In this document: positions 24,194-36,200 of the stretch, piece by piece
Position numbering within the stretch: position 1 is the stretch's first letter
Layout of the letters: each line of letters starts with the position of its first letter
Assembly: GCA_008632985.1 (NCBI GenBank)
Contig: QPGO01000239.1
Location: 1 to 64,000 of the forward strand
DNA from: Psammoneis japonica
Lineage: Eukaryota
Length of the DNA: 64,000 nt
Direction of reading: 5' to 3'
Made by a program: the position numbers and the translations under genes
Notes under the pieces: model-generated
Database searches by the model: none
What the model saw: the letters and a program-made list of their open reading frames with translations, nothing else
Told to the model about the DNA's origin: nothing

Positions 24194-24865
24194 TTAGTCT
24201 AAAGTCTCAACAATCTTTAAAAAGTCCCTTCGCCAGTCATCAGCAATGCTACCACCGTCATCTACGTCTTCACGCGTCATTTTTTCAATGCTCCATTTTG
24301 GTCCACCAGAATCACTGTGCTCTCTCTTGAGTATCTGGGTCAACGAATCCGCATCAACCTCATCGCGCTGCCTCAACAAAGTCACCAACGCCGAGGCTGC
24401 CTTGCAAGAACGGCCAAAGCTGCCGGATGGTCCACAAGACACGTGTCTCTCAAGTGGACTAATAGTTGACTCCGCTGGTGTATCTATAACTGGAGAACCA
24501 TTCTCCAGGCGTCTCCTGGCATTGGATGCAAAAGAATCGTCCACAAGAGACAATATGGCAGCCACCTGTGGCGAAACCCACGATCCACCATCAAAAGTGG
24601 CCCATAGTTGATTCATAATAGCTTCCGTCCTCATTTTGCTGAGATAAATTGCCGAGATTGCAACGAGATGTGGACGCCAATCCAACTCTTTCATCAGGGC
24701 AAGCGTTTCGGTCTCGTCAACCTGATTTGTTGTGACCAACTCCTTGATCTTTTGAAGGACGACGCGAGCGTCTTTACCCAAATTGAGAAGTGCAAGGTAT
24801 GGAGGTATTTCCAAACCTAGTCCATTTTCAAACAGCAAAGAGTAAGCACCACGGGGGTCTGGCAT
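24194..24865 (-). CDS. Hypothetical protein
   Basis: Intronless ~223-aa ORF from ATG 24865 with protein-like composition (WRPHLVA, GSWVSPQ motifs). Confidence 0.7.
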   Translation of the reverse strand: MPDPRGAYSLLFENGLGLEIPPYLALLNLGKDARVVLQKIKELVTTNQVDETETLALMKELDWRPHLVAISAIYLSKMRTEAIMNQLWATFDGGSWVSPQVAAILSLVDDSFASNARRRLENGSPVIDTPAESTISPLERHVSCGPSGSFGRSCKAASALVTLLRQRDEVDADSLTQILKREHSDSGGPKWSIEKMTREDVDDGGSIADDWRRDFLKIVETLD

Positions 24866-25196
24866 CGTTATATTGTTTCGTTTCCGTTCAGAGTCTTGCG
24901 GACAAGCTGTCAGCAACTTTATTGCTACCTATCTGTTGCTGTTGCTGTTGCTGCTTTCAGGATGATTCTGAAACAATCTCAAAATCTGCTGAAAATGCAA
25001 TGGAAATCGGCAAACTGCAAATTGCGCAAGAATAGCGCTGAAATTGCATGATCTCATCCTCTCGCTTTCAACTTTTATTGCTTGGGACGTCTTCATCCAA
25101 TCCCCCTACCGGCATCCATAATGGAGAGTGATTCATTTCATTGCTATTTTTTAGATAAGTCGTTATGATATACGAGTAGATATACTTGCACTTCAA

Positions 25197-26039
25197 CTAG
25201 GCCCTTATTTTCAACACCTCCACGTCCCAAATAGTCGAAGCAGGAAACGGTGGCTGCGAGGCAAAACCAGACAGCTTCCTCTTGTAGCTTTCAATCGTTG
25301 CCTTCCCCCGAGCTGTAGTAGGTTCTGGTTTCCAATTTGACGTCTCGAATCCAACGCTCGGAGGGAGTAGAATCCTTCTACGTTCCCCTCGCTTCATCCC
25401 CACAAGAGCTTCTTCAATACCCTGTGGAATGTCTCGCTTTCCCAGCTGTACACGCAAACTGTCAAGGCCCAAATCAGATTGCATTTTTCCGCCAATGTTT
25501 ACCTTCTCAAAGCCAAATCCTTTGCTATACATGTATCCAGCGGATGCCATGTTGATAGAGTAAATGATTTCCAGTGCAGAATCCTTTCTAACGCGATCCT
25601 CTCCGGTGCCGCTCCGTACAATTTTGTAGCTAACTCCGTTGTCAAGAGAAACCGTAGGATTTTGTCGCTGTGCTTCCTCTGCCTTTTGTTCTCCAATCTC
25701 CCGACACGATTCGATATCTGTGCACTGTGTCGCCGACGCTGGGGCGACAGTACGGCAGAAAAGGCTTGAAAAAGTGACGAGAGCCATTTGCGACAGAGAC
25801 GAGCGGCGGCTGCTGATTGCGACACTTTTGTCTTCGTTTGTGTCGTGATCAATCGCACTTTCCGCCGTTGATGAAGATTTTCCGATCCTTTCAACTGTAG
25901 TCACAGTTAGCCTTTCGCCAGAATAATCGAGGCCGAGCAACTCGTTATTTTTGAAAGAGCGCACTGCAAAGGGGAGAGCAAAATTCCAAGTCGCGCACAA
26001 ACTCAACACGAACAGTGAGACTTGCAACAAAGCCATCAT
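25197..26039 (-). CDS. FKBP-type peptidyl-prolyl isomerase, probably thylakoid lumen
   Basis: FKBP motifs GTG..V....L.I.Y, IPQGIEEALVGMKRGERRRILLPP.VGF and WDVEVL; signal peptide, then SRR twin-arginine, hydrophobic stretch and ASA cleavage site. Confidence 0.9.
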   Translation of the reverse strand: MMALLQVSLFVLSLCATWNFALPFAVRSFKNNELLGLDYSGERLTVTTVERIGKSSSTAESAIDHDTNEDKSVAISSRRSSLSQMALVTFSSLFCRTVAPASATQCTDIESCREIGEQKAEEAQRQNPTVSLDNGVSYKIVRSGTGEDRVRKDSALEIIYSINMASAGYMYSKGFGFEKVNIGGKMQSDLGLDSLRVQLGKRDIPQGIEEALVGMKRGERRRILLPPSVGFETSNWKPEPTTARGKATIESYKRKLSGFASQPPFPASTIWDVEVLKIRA

Positions 26040-26358
26040 TGGTGATACTAAACACAAGTCGGCAGCAAAGGATTTTATGAGACGATCGTTGTAGTTTATG
26101 ATGTATTGAGAGGCTCTTCGGAGAAATGAAGTGGAAACATCATGCATCATCGGACAAATACCGGTACGCTCGGTACTGTATCTTGATCTACGATCTACAG
26201 TACGAGGTGGTGCTACCGTATGACGGGGGTCGCGCCACACGAACGCAAAGCACGACTGAAGCAATTCTTGTATTTGCCGATTTCTCAACGCTCACTTTTA
26301 CAGCCGTTCAACGGACAACACAATCTTCAATCTGAAATCGTCGCCTTGCTAATGTACT

Positions 26359-26965
26359 TGTCGCGTGTGGTGATATGTCCACGTAGGCGATGTACTAGTT
26401 GATTCAATGGTTAAGACATTAAAGTGCCCACTGAGCGAGCGAGATGGTAAAGAGGCTTACCGGTAACCGTCAGGCAGTATGACGGCATCTCATCTATATA
26501 TGGAGCTCGCACTTTGGGTAGGATACATGACATGGTGAGATTCCTACATAGCTTCCTGGCACAGCGGATGCAAGACGAGGTCTGAGCAGCTGAAAGTTCT
26601 GATTGGCGGTGAAGTCAAAAGAGGTCGAAGGTTCGAAACTCGAAAGAGACTTTCTGTTCGAAGGGATGAGAAGGAGCGGTGTACAGACCGGTTCTCTGAC
26701 TTAGGAATCAGGAATCTCAGAGCAACCGACTTGACATAGGAACGAGGAGATCGTTGTGAACGAAGAACATTGAAGTCACTAGTAAGGAGGATGTCGCGTG
26801 TGGTGATATGTCCACGTAGGCGATGTACTAGTTGATTCAATGGTTAAGACATTAAAGTGCCCACTGAGCGAGCGAGATGGTAAAGAGGCTTACCGGTAAC
26901 CGTCAGGCAGTATGACGGCATCTCATCTATATATGGAGCTCGCACTTTGGGTAGGATACATGACA
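26359..26965 (+). mobile_element. TRIM-like non-autonomous LTR retroelement (607 bp)
   Basis: Two identical 174-bp direct repeats (26359-26532, 26792-26965) bounded by TGT...ACA; TGG-starting PBS-like site right after LTR1; purine tract AGTAAGGAGGA right before LTR2; 259-bp non-coding interior; flanks TGTACT / TGTGCT. Confidence 0.88.
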
Positions 26966-27032
26966 TGTGCTGTACTCATTTTCGACTCTAGCAGTCTCTA
27001 GGCAACGCGTAATGCGTGTATCGGCACATGCA

Positions 27033-28304
27033 ATGAAGACCTTTCCAACAGCAACAGCTGTCATCATTATTTTTTTCGGTCAAACAGCACTCTGGTCTCA
27101 GTTGCACCAGCATGCGCGCTATGAAGCAACGGTCTTTCACTTGCACCGTGATGCTTCCTTGTTGTTCCCGGAGCACTGCACAAACAGATCGGTCTTTGAC
27201 ATCTCTCCGGTTTTTGAGGGAAGCACAGCTGAAAGAGACCATCTGAGTGCATCTGACGCAACGGTTGCCACTCAATTTCACATCAACCCGACCAATCTGC
27301 AACGTTTTCTTGACGTTTTGACTCGGTGGGATGGGCCAACATCCGTTGCGGCGTGTGTCGATCAAGAGCATCTCGACTGTGGGATGAAACGTTTGACGCA
27401 GTTTTTTGCCACTCACCGCCATTTCTTGCAGACGAAGACTGTTGGCTTCCACCTTGTCACAGACAAAAGACTCAAGCCTGATGGCTCCGAACTTCTGCAT
27501 CCAATCAACATGCTTCGCAACATTGCAATTGAGCATGTGAAGACCGACCACATGTTGAGCCTTGACATTGACTTCATTCCCTCGCTTGAATCGCACGCTC
27601 CAATCCAGAAGCATCTGCAAAGAAACAAGTGTCTTCGGAACAAGACAGCTTTAATCATGCCAGCCTTTCAACGAAGGCTTTCAAAGGGCGAGCATGATTG
27701 CAGCCTCAACGCATCACACATTCCGCCAACGAAGGAAAAACCAGTTCGCGCCATGCAGCAGCAGCCGGGCATTTGCCGTCCGTTCAACGGGAAATCAAAA
27801 CCGGCTGGCCATGGACCAACCGATTTCAAAATGTGGGTGAACTCCACGGCGGCATGCCATGTTGAGTGCAGGCTTGATTTCGAGCCACACTTTGTTTTGC
27901 ATGCACAAGATCCATTGCCACCATTTTGGGAGCACTTTGCTGGCTACGGTAGAAACAAATTGTCGTGGGCAGAAGAGCTCGCCCGTGCTGGTTGCCAATT
28001 TGATGTTGCCCATGACGTCTTTCTAATCCACATCAATCATTCCTCTCTCGGCAGCAGGCGTTCAAAACGTGTGCTGCAAAAGAACAAGGAAGAATGCAGA
28101 CGTCATTTCAAGCCGCATCTGAAAACTCAGTGTCCTTCCCATTGCGTTGAGGTTCCATGGCCTAAAGATGGAAAGTGGCACACTGCCAACATCGTCAGAG
28201 TGAACAATGATGGAACATGTGATGTTCAGTTTGATGCCGATGGCACTTTCCAACCCAACACAACAAAGAGCCACATCAGGCCATTCGGGGGGAGGGACAC
28301 CTAG
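27033..28304 (+). pseudogene. Glycosyltransferase family 49 (LARGE/B4GAT1-like) with C-terminal Tudor-like domain; ORF open but hypermutated
   Basis: WDGPTSVA, HPINMLRNIA, LDIDFIPS, FEPHFVL, FAGYGRNK and FLIHINH match GT49 motifs; positions expected to be Tyr read His or Cys. Confidence 0.8.
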
Positions 28305-31300
28305 AGCGCAGCTCAAAATGGGATTCAACAAATCAAAGACAATGAGCCATAGATTGGAACTTTCTCGATGATGAATGAGAGTTCTAAAATGTGACTCTTG
28401 GCCAGCACGTCCGCGAAATTTTCAGGATTGTGTCTACGAACGCACACAAAAATGTGTTTCTTCAATGGAAATGTTTAAATGGGGGTCACCTGCTTGCCAC
28501 TTTACTGCAATTGGCTCGCGCGCTCAAAACGTTCTGTGCATGGACCAACAGCACCAGAGTGCTGAGCAAGGGATGATGCGTTTTGTTCAAAGAAAAGGTC
28601 GTCTGCTTGCCTCTTGACACTGATGGGTGGGTGACAAATTTTGTGTGTGTGAAGCAATGAGGGTGGTTCTTTGGCAAATTTTCATTTCGTTCTCGCGATT
28701 TTGAATTTTAGTGCCATGAAGTGGAGACTTGGTGGAAAACGCACTTTTTTTTCAAGTGCCAACCTAATGACAGCTTGCAAGATGTGCACATTCCCATCAT
28801 GACTGTGTTTGCGTGTGCCACAAGTTTGTGCCACATTGTCATTGGTGCTGGCAGAGCTGCCTAGAGTGCGGGGCCATTGAGTGGTGCAGCAAAAAAAATG
28901 ATGGCAGAGTCGTCAGCTTGCATGATTTTCATGCAGTGGCTGGCTGAAGATGTGGTTGACCCAAGGTGACAGCACCCAAAATTAGACCAGTGCATGGCCC
29001 AGCCACACTGGCTGTGCTCCACCTTCCTTGCAGCTGGTCTGCAGAAAAAAAACTGCATCTGTGCACATGCCTCTCAAACAGCAGGTTGCTCCAGCGGCCA
29101 TGAGGTGCCCCAAAAATCTGCCCAAGGATGCTGCAAGACAAAAGTTGCCATCAGCAAATGAGTCGACTTACAAGATTCTGCCCCAGTTGCTTCCATGTCA
29201 AAGTCTCTTGGCTGCACCAGAGCAGCCAGGCTGAAGCAGAAGTGCCTGACATGTTCCTGTGGCAAGGGTGTTGCCAGCATCAAAGAGATCATGCAAGAGC
29301 CAAAGTCTCCACCCTTGTTGCCTTGTGCAAAAATGGTGCTTTTGCATGAGACTTGGCAGCCTGTGCAGTTGATCACATTTTGCCACATGGACATCCCCAT
29401 GTCGGTGCTGCCAATGTCACTCCCATGTGGCCCAGCCAACCCCAAAAAATCAGCAAGATGATGCTGCTCTGGTGACAGTTTTTTGGGTTTCTTTGGGGAG
29501 GAAGGCTCTGCATCATCAAACTCATGAAATGGCAACTCTTCCTTGCCACGCTTGATGACTTTTACATTTTTGCTGACAACAAGCACACATTTTTCATTCT
29601 CAAGGAGAATGTCAAAATTGATTTGCTTGCCAGTGGTTGAGTTTCTGGCTTTGGTGGTTCCACAGAGAAGTGCTCAGTTTCCCACCACTTTTTGGGGTGC
29701 ACTGCCTCTGTGTGTCTGCTGTGGGGGCACAAAGCACTTGCCAATTCCTGCTTGGCCACTGCCAGTGCTGGTGAGCTTCTTTTTCTTTCTTGAAGTTGCA
29801 GCATGTGTTTTGAAGATCTGTTGCAGCTGCCATTGCTTGCTGGTGGGCTTGCATCTCCCTTGCAGTCATTGTTGCACTGCACACATGCTCCAGGAGTGAC
29901 AAAATTTGGCTTGCCTGCTTCGTTTTGTTGCCCGGGCACATCACCTCTCTCCAAAGTTGGGGTTGCACAAGTTGTCATCAAAGGAGGTGGAACAACTGCA
30001 TCAGGTGGAGAAGCTGTGGAACGAGCTTCAACAGGGCCGCCGGCCGGGAGTGTTCACATCAGACGCCATGGTTGGTTCATGCAAAAACAATTGTTTGATG
30101 CTCCGCCATGAAATTGGCGCAATGACATTGACAAAAACTTGCAAGATTTTGAAGTTTCTTGCCACACACTCCTCTTTTGTTGAATGTCACCTTGCACTTG
30201 AGCAACAATCAGAAGCCTGAAGAACTCTCCAGCTGGCTGGCCAGAGAAAAAGTCACACAGATTTTACAAAAATGACTGTGTCAAAATGGGTGACCACCAG
30301 CACTCTTTTCCCAAATGTCCAACCGGTCAACATGAGGTTGCTTTTTGTCCATTCTATGTTGACTCTGCTTTCCTCATTTGGTGCATGGGTTTCTTTTTTG
30401 TCCATCATGCATCGCTTGTTGAACATTGCTTGCTTGTTGCATGTGGGTTCATGTTTTGTCCATCCTGTGCTGCTGGAGATGCAGGACTCTGTTGCCAGCT
30501 TTTTGCTTCTATCAATTTAATCATGACCACCTGTCCACTGCTTTTTCAGCATGTGCAGCACTGTGCATGCAGCATTTTCTTGCTTGTGTGTGCTTCCCTC
30601 CCCACCAGCCTTGCTCACCCACACTCTGTGCCTGCCTGCATGGCCTCTCCAGTGTCATGTTTTCCCCACACACACCAACATCCCTCCAATGTTGCTCAAC
30701 TCACCAATCTCTTTGCTGTGGGGCCAGTGTCCAGTCCACCAGGTTTTTTCCTCAATTGAGATGGCAAAACCCACCTCCATTGAGGTGGGCAAAATGCATT
30801 CAGGTGAGCTGGCTGAACTGAAACAAGTCATTCTCCAGATGCATCAAGATCAGAACACACGTTTGAAGTTGCTTGAAGAACAACAACACCCAGCAGGAAC
30901 AAGACAAAAGGTTGCAATTGCTGGAAGCACAGCACCAGCCATCTGTGCTCTGTGCTCCAGATGCAACAGGACTGCCAAACTCAGCTCAACAATTTGATGG
31001 CTCAATTCCAGGAGTTCCTCCAATGCAACTGTGACCAATGTCACTGAAAACAAATCAGATTTTCTTTGGGTTGGGACAAGTCATCTTCACTGCCTCTGTT
31101 GTGCAATGCAGATCAAGGTTCTGTCTCACAGTCTTCCTTTGAGGAAGCAGCAGGGCCACACCATGAGTGAGGATTCTTCCTCACATGTGTTGCAGGCCAC
31201 TGCTCAGCAGCAAACCCCCTCAGATGTGTGTCCTCCTTCCTTGCACATGGCTGCCCAGCAATTTCACAATGTTCTCAATGGCCGACAGTGTGCGCCTCAG

Positions 31301-32299
31301 CTCCCCAGACCATTGATTGCTCCACCTTAAAGGACAATGACAAAATGGGTGATCCCATGGGACCAAAGGCTCTAGACACTGCTCAAATGCATGCATTCAA
31401 TGCCAACAGATGTTCTTTTGACAACCTTGGAGGTGACTTCAACTCACATTGTCAAGTTGTCAACAAAATGCAAGCAGACGTCATCTCACATCTGAAACTT
31501 GTTTAGACAGCATGACTCAGCCCCAAATCTCTCAACCTTGTGGATCAGTTGCACAAAACTCCCTGCACCATGGGCAAATTGCTTTGTCCATGTCTTCCAT
31601 CCCTTTCACCACACCTCACAATCTGGCCAGCACTGCCATCATGTCCTGCAACTTGATTGCTGTCAGATGCTGCAACAAACAGTTGGACCCTTTGGAACAT
31701 TGATCCATGCAAGTCTTTGATGGAACACAAGGTGGACAGGTTGTGTTCCTTTTGTGTCACCAAGCATTCTCCAACAGCACTTCAACTGCTGGCAAGACCA
31801 TCACATGTGCTCAACAAATCAACTTGCTCTGCCAACAAGGCCATCATGCTCAGCCCAAACCAAGATGAGCCTTCTTCACTGATCTTGCTTGCATCCTCAA
31901 ATCATTGTTGGATGGACCCAATCATGAGGTCATTGTCTTTGAAGACTTCACAACACAGACTTTTGCAATGATGCAAATCCCCTGGTGCACATGGTCAGCC
32001 AATGTGAACTTTCCAACATTGTGTTTCACCATCTGTGGGATGTGAACTTTGCCACCTGCCTGCATGGCTCTTAACACTTGGACTTTGTTTTGGCAACTCC
32101 TGGTGCCTTGTGGGCTGTCTGTCAATGTGGTTGCAAATTGTTTGGTTGTCAGATGTCTTTAGATCACTGTGCACACTTTGTTGACTTTGAAACTGAGGTG
32201 TTGTTTGAGAACTCCTCTGTTGACATTCCTCAGTCTTCCTGCAGGTCACTTCAGTTGTCTTTGTGGTGGGTTCAAGGCATGGTCTGAACCCACATCCAC

Positions 32300-35200
32300 T
32301 TCCCTCAAATTTGGTCTTCATTTGGGACACTAGAAAGCTGTGCATGCAAAACATCAAGACTCCTCTGAAGCAGACAATCAAGGAATTCCTGCAGCCATCC
32401 ACACAGAACTTGATGTCATTCAAACTGTGCAGACTGTTTGCCTCAATCTCTTGTGTTGGGCTCTCAAGTGGGGTCATTCATGCAATCAATGGAGAGACAT
32501 TGTCAACATTGTGATCTTCAAGGAGCCTGGTGACAACAAAATGCACCAACTTAAGTGATTCACACACACAAAACAGATTTTCAATTGACCACCAGTGTGA
32601 AATGGCAAGCTCTGGCACAACACATGGAACACCATCATTTCTTTGTCCCAGACACACATGGAACCCAAGCCTTTTTCCACGCCCAAACTCCAGCATTTTT
32701 GGAAGTGTCAATGCTGGAAATTTCAAGAGCATCCTGAAAAACATCAATTGCAAGTGTCAATGACTGCACCTCCTGCTGCAACGGTGGTCTGCCAGTGCTT
32801 GTGTCAATCTTTTTGGTCAGCATGGGCATGGAACCTTGCAAGGTGGCAGCAGCAATTGACGCCATCTACCTTGCCCGATGCTGGCTGTTGTGACCCTTTG
32901 GGCCTGTCTGAATCTTTTTACTCTCACTTTCCTGACTCTCCAATTTGTGGAACAGGACAAGGCAGTGGCAACTCCCCATTTCATTGGAACAACCTGTGCA
33001 GTCTCTTGTTTGACATCTTCAGCTCCAAGGCCTGCAGTGCATTCTTTGAATCCCCCAATGGACCCCATCAGCTGAACATTTTCATGCATGGATGCATTGA
33101 CAAAACACACATCAAAACAGGTCAATGACTTCCAAGCATTGCTCAACCTCCCACTGATGAATTGGCCTTGAGACTGCAGCATGACAACCAGTTGTGGTGT
33201 GATCTGCTCCATGCAAGTGGGCATGAGCTGGAACTGCCCAAGTGTTCCTTTCACATGACAGAATGGGAGTTCGCCACATTTGTGGCAAACTGAGTCTCTG
33301 TCCCTGCAACCCAGACCTGGACATTGAAATGGTTTCTGCTTGCCACTCCTCTTCCAGGTGCAGTGCTCAATTGTCAGTCTGCACTCCCCACAAAACTCTT
33401 GGCCATTGCATGTCTCTAGCTGACACACTGAAAAAGCAGTTTCAAGTGCCAAAAGATGAGAGCAACAGCAAGGCTTTGTTCATGCACTCCATCCCACTTG
33501 AACATTCTGAATTGTGGAGGTGCTGTCATGCATGTTGCCTGCTGTCTGTCAACTTTGTGTTGTTGGCCAACTCTCATTTCAGGAGCAAAGACAAGTTAAA
33601 GACACAACAGAGAGCCATGTGTGTGATGATCTTTGCAAAGTGTGGCCACAACAGGAACACCAAGTGCCTCATGTTGTGTGGCCCTCAGTCTCTTGGAGGT
33701 GGGGGCTTTCAGTCCCTTGACATGGAGCATGGAGTTGCTCAACTTCAACAACCACTTTCCAACCACCAACATGGACCCAGCTGCAACTGGGAACTGGAGC
33801 AAGCTTCCTTTCAGATGTTGGCATCCCCCATCTGCATTGTGAATCTTTGTGGTTTGCATCCATGTGCTCCTTTTTGCATCACCCAGGTGGGACTTTTCCA
33901 TTGTCAGATCATGGTGCCCTGCCTCTCCAGCATGACAATGATCAGTGCTTGATGGATGTTGCCCTTGAATTCACAGTCTTTTCCTCCCTGGAAATAAAAT
34001 GGATCAATTGTTGCTGGTCATGACTCAAGGTCCTCATGGTGTCAAATGTTGCTTCAGCCAATGGTTGGAACTGGATGAATCCAAGATGTGTGGAGATCCA
34101 ACCTCCCTCACAGCAGTGTCAGTGCTCTCAAAACCATTGAACAGGAGTGCCCCTGCCATCAGGCTTAGATTCCATGGATCCATCTGTGTGAGATCTTGGG
34201 CCATCCTGATTCCACATGATTGCACACCCCTCTTGGCAGCTGGTTGCACCCTCCATCCAAAATGTGCATGCACAGGCTTTGGCACATTTTCTTTTCCCAA
34301 AAAATCACATCTGTGTGCATGCTCTCCTTTTCTGGTTTTGATTTGTTCTTGGCTCAAAACAAGGTGACAACTTCTGTGCAAGAGATGGAAACTGTCCCAG
34401 CCCCTTCAGAGGCATTCTTCCCCATTGAGATCACTTTTGTGCAGGACAGCCAGTGTCAGCACCTGCTGCATGGTCTGCACCTCCTGCAGCTGGAAACTCC
34501 AGTGCCTGTCCCAGACTTCTTTCAGGATCACCCACAGGCTCTTTCCTCAGTGGGAGTCCATTTTTGTTTTCAGACCTGGAGTTCCATGTGCCCCTTGATG
34601 ATCTTGTTGACTGCTTGGTGTCTGGCAGAACTGTGGCTGGAAGCAATGGTTCTGTGCTTCAACCAAGTGCAACATTTGGCTGGACCATCACAACCAACTG
34701 TCAACACTTGGTTGATTGTGCTGGACCCATTTTTGGAAGGCTGCCTTTTTCTTGCCAAGCCAAGGTGCATGGTGTCCTTTCTTTGTTGAAAGTTCTTCTG
34801 TGCAGGCTTCTTGAATTCTGCAAGGTGTCCGTCATGTTGGGATGGACAACTGGTGCAACAACAAGGCCCCAGTCAGAGTGCTTCTCTGCTTGTCTGGCTC
34901 TTGCCCTGCCATCAATCCTGCAAATTTTTTGGAGCTAGAGACAGATTTCTATTTTGAACAACACAACACCAATGTTTTGTCCTCAGACTGGGATGTGGCA
35001 AACAAAGTTCACCAGTCATCCCTTGCAATTAAAGCAGCACTGGTTTTGGACTCCCCTGGCTGTGCGCCAACCATGGAGTGGGTCAAAGGACATCAAGATC
35101 AATGTGTGCCATTGGCACCCCTTCCTCTCAATGCCAGAGTTGATGTTTGGGCAGACAACATGGCAGGCAGCAGGCCGGCATCAGGGTCAGTCCTCTTCTG

Positions 35201-36200
35201 ATGCAATGATTGTCCCCCCACTCTCTCACAGCCAATCTTGTCTTCATCCATCAGATGGCAGAGTGACATGCTGCAGCTGCAGCTGCAGCTCTTTTGTGGA
35301 ATGCATGTGCAAATGCAAAGAATGGAATGAGTCCATTTTGGACAAAATTGACTGGTCCGTTCATGCAGCCCTGATCAGCAGATTTTCAAAGCAACACATT
35401 TCTGTGATCAAGTTGATTTGCAAACTTCTGCCCATGAACAAAATTGCCACCAGACATGATCCAGTGCACCCTCATCATTGCCTTGCTTGTGAGCACCCTG
35501 TGGAAGATCATGATCATGTCCTCAACAAATGCCCAGAAAGTGAGGCCTGGCAAAGAAAATTCTTGCAAGGTCTCCAGCAATGCTGTGACAAGATCAGCAC
35601 AATTCCTCCACTGCTCAATTTTCTCTTGTCCTCTTTAGAAGCACAGTTTCAAGACTGGATGGTCTGCACAACAGATCCACTCCCTCAGTTTTGCCATTTG
35701 TGGAGTGCACAGATGGACATTGGATGGCGCCAAGTGTTCAACGGCTGACATTCCAAGCTGTGGAATGCCTTTCAAGAGATGCACCTCAGGGAGTCGGGAC
35801 TCTCAGTGCAGTGCCAGAAGGTAAATTAACAGCCTCCAGTGTGGGCAGTGCAAATTGGATCACACACATGGAGATCTTAGTGAGAACTGTGGGAGGATCA
35901 TAACTTGGCAGTTCACAGACATGATGCAGACACCTGCAAATCAGCACAGTGCCTGCAGGCTGAGGTGGAACCAACTGCAACATGCCACAGAAGACAAGAC
36001 TGCTTGGCAAAGGACAGAGAAATTCTGATGGACTCTGCTGAGGATCATCTGACCTGCACCACTTCCAGGACATTTGGCTGGATTGTCATGGTGAAACCAA
36101 CACTCAAAGAGAGCACAGAAAGCAGGCAAAGTGCTCTGTGCTTCACGGCACTTGCTCTGTTGCCAGTTGTTTTGGCGGTTAAAAATTGGGCCTTTTTTTG
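32300..36200 (+). mobile_element. Degenerate non-LTR retrotransposon with RT, RNase H and zinc knuckle (diatom Ambal-like)
   Basis: Fragments WRDIVNIVIFKEPG, PICGTGQGSGNSP..W, GCIDKT (YxDD site), KCGHNRN...LCGPQSLGGGGF, AGSNGSV (DGS), EWVKGHQD...LNARVD, CLAC...EDHDHVL.KC, IGWRQVFNG. The 5' part may extend to ~30 kb. Confidence 0.8.

Noticed and set aside
26359..26532. Hammerhead ribozyme (retrozyme) in the LTR
   Set aside because: No CUGANGA plus GAAA core in the correct arrangement on either strand.
26359..26965. Assembly duplication as the cause of the identical 174-bp repeats
   Set aside because: TG...CA ends with a correctly placed PBS-like site and PPT argue for a real LTR element.
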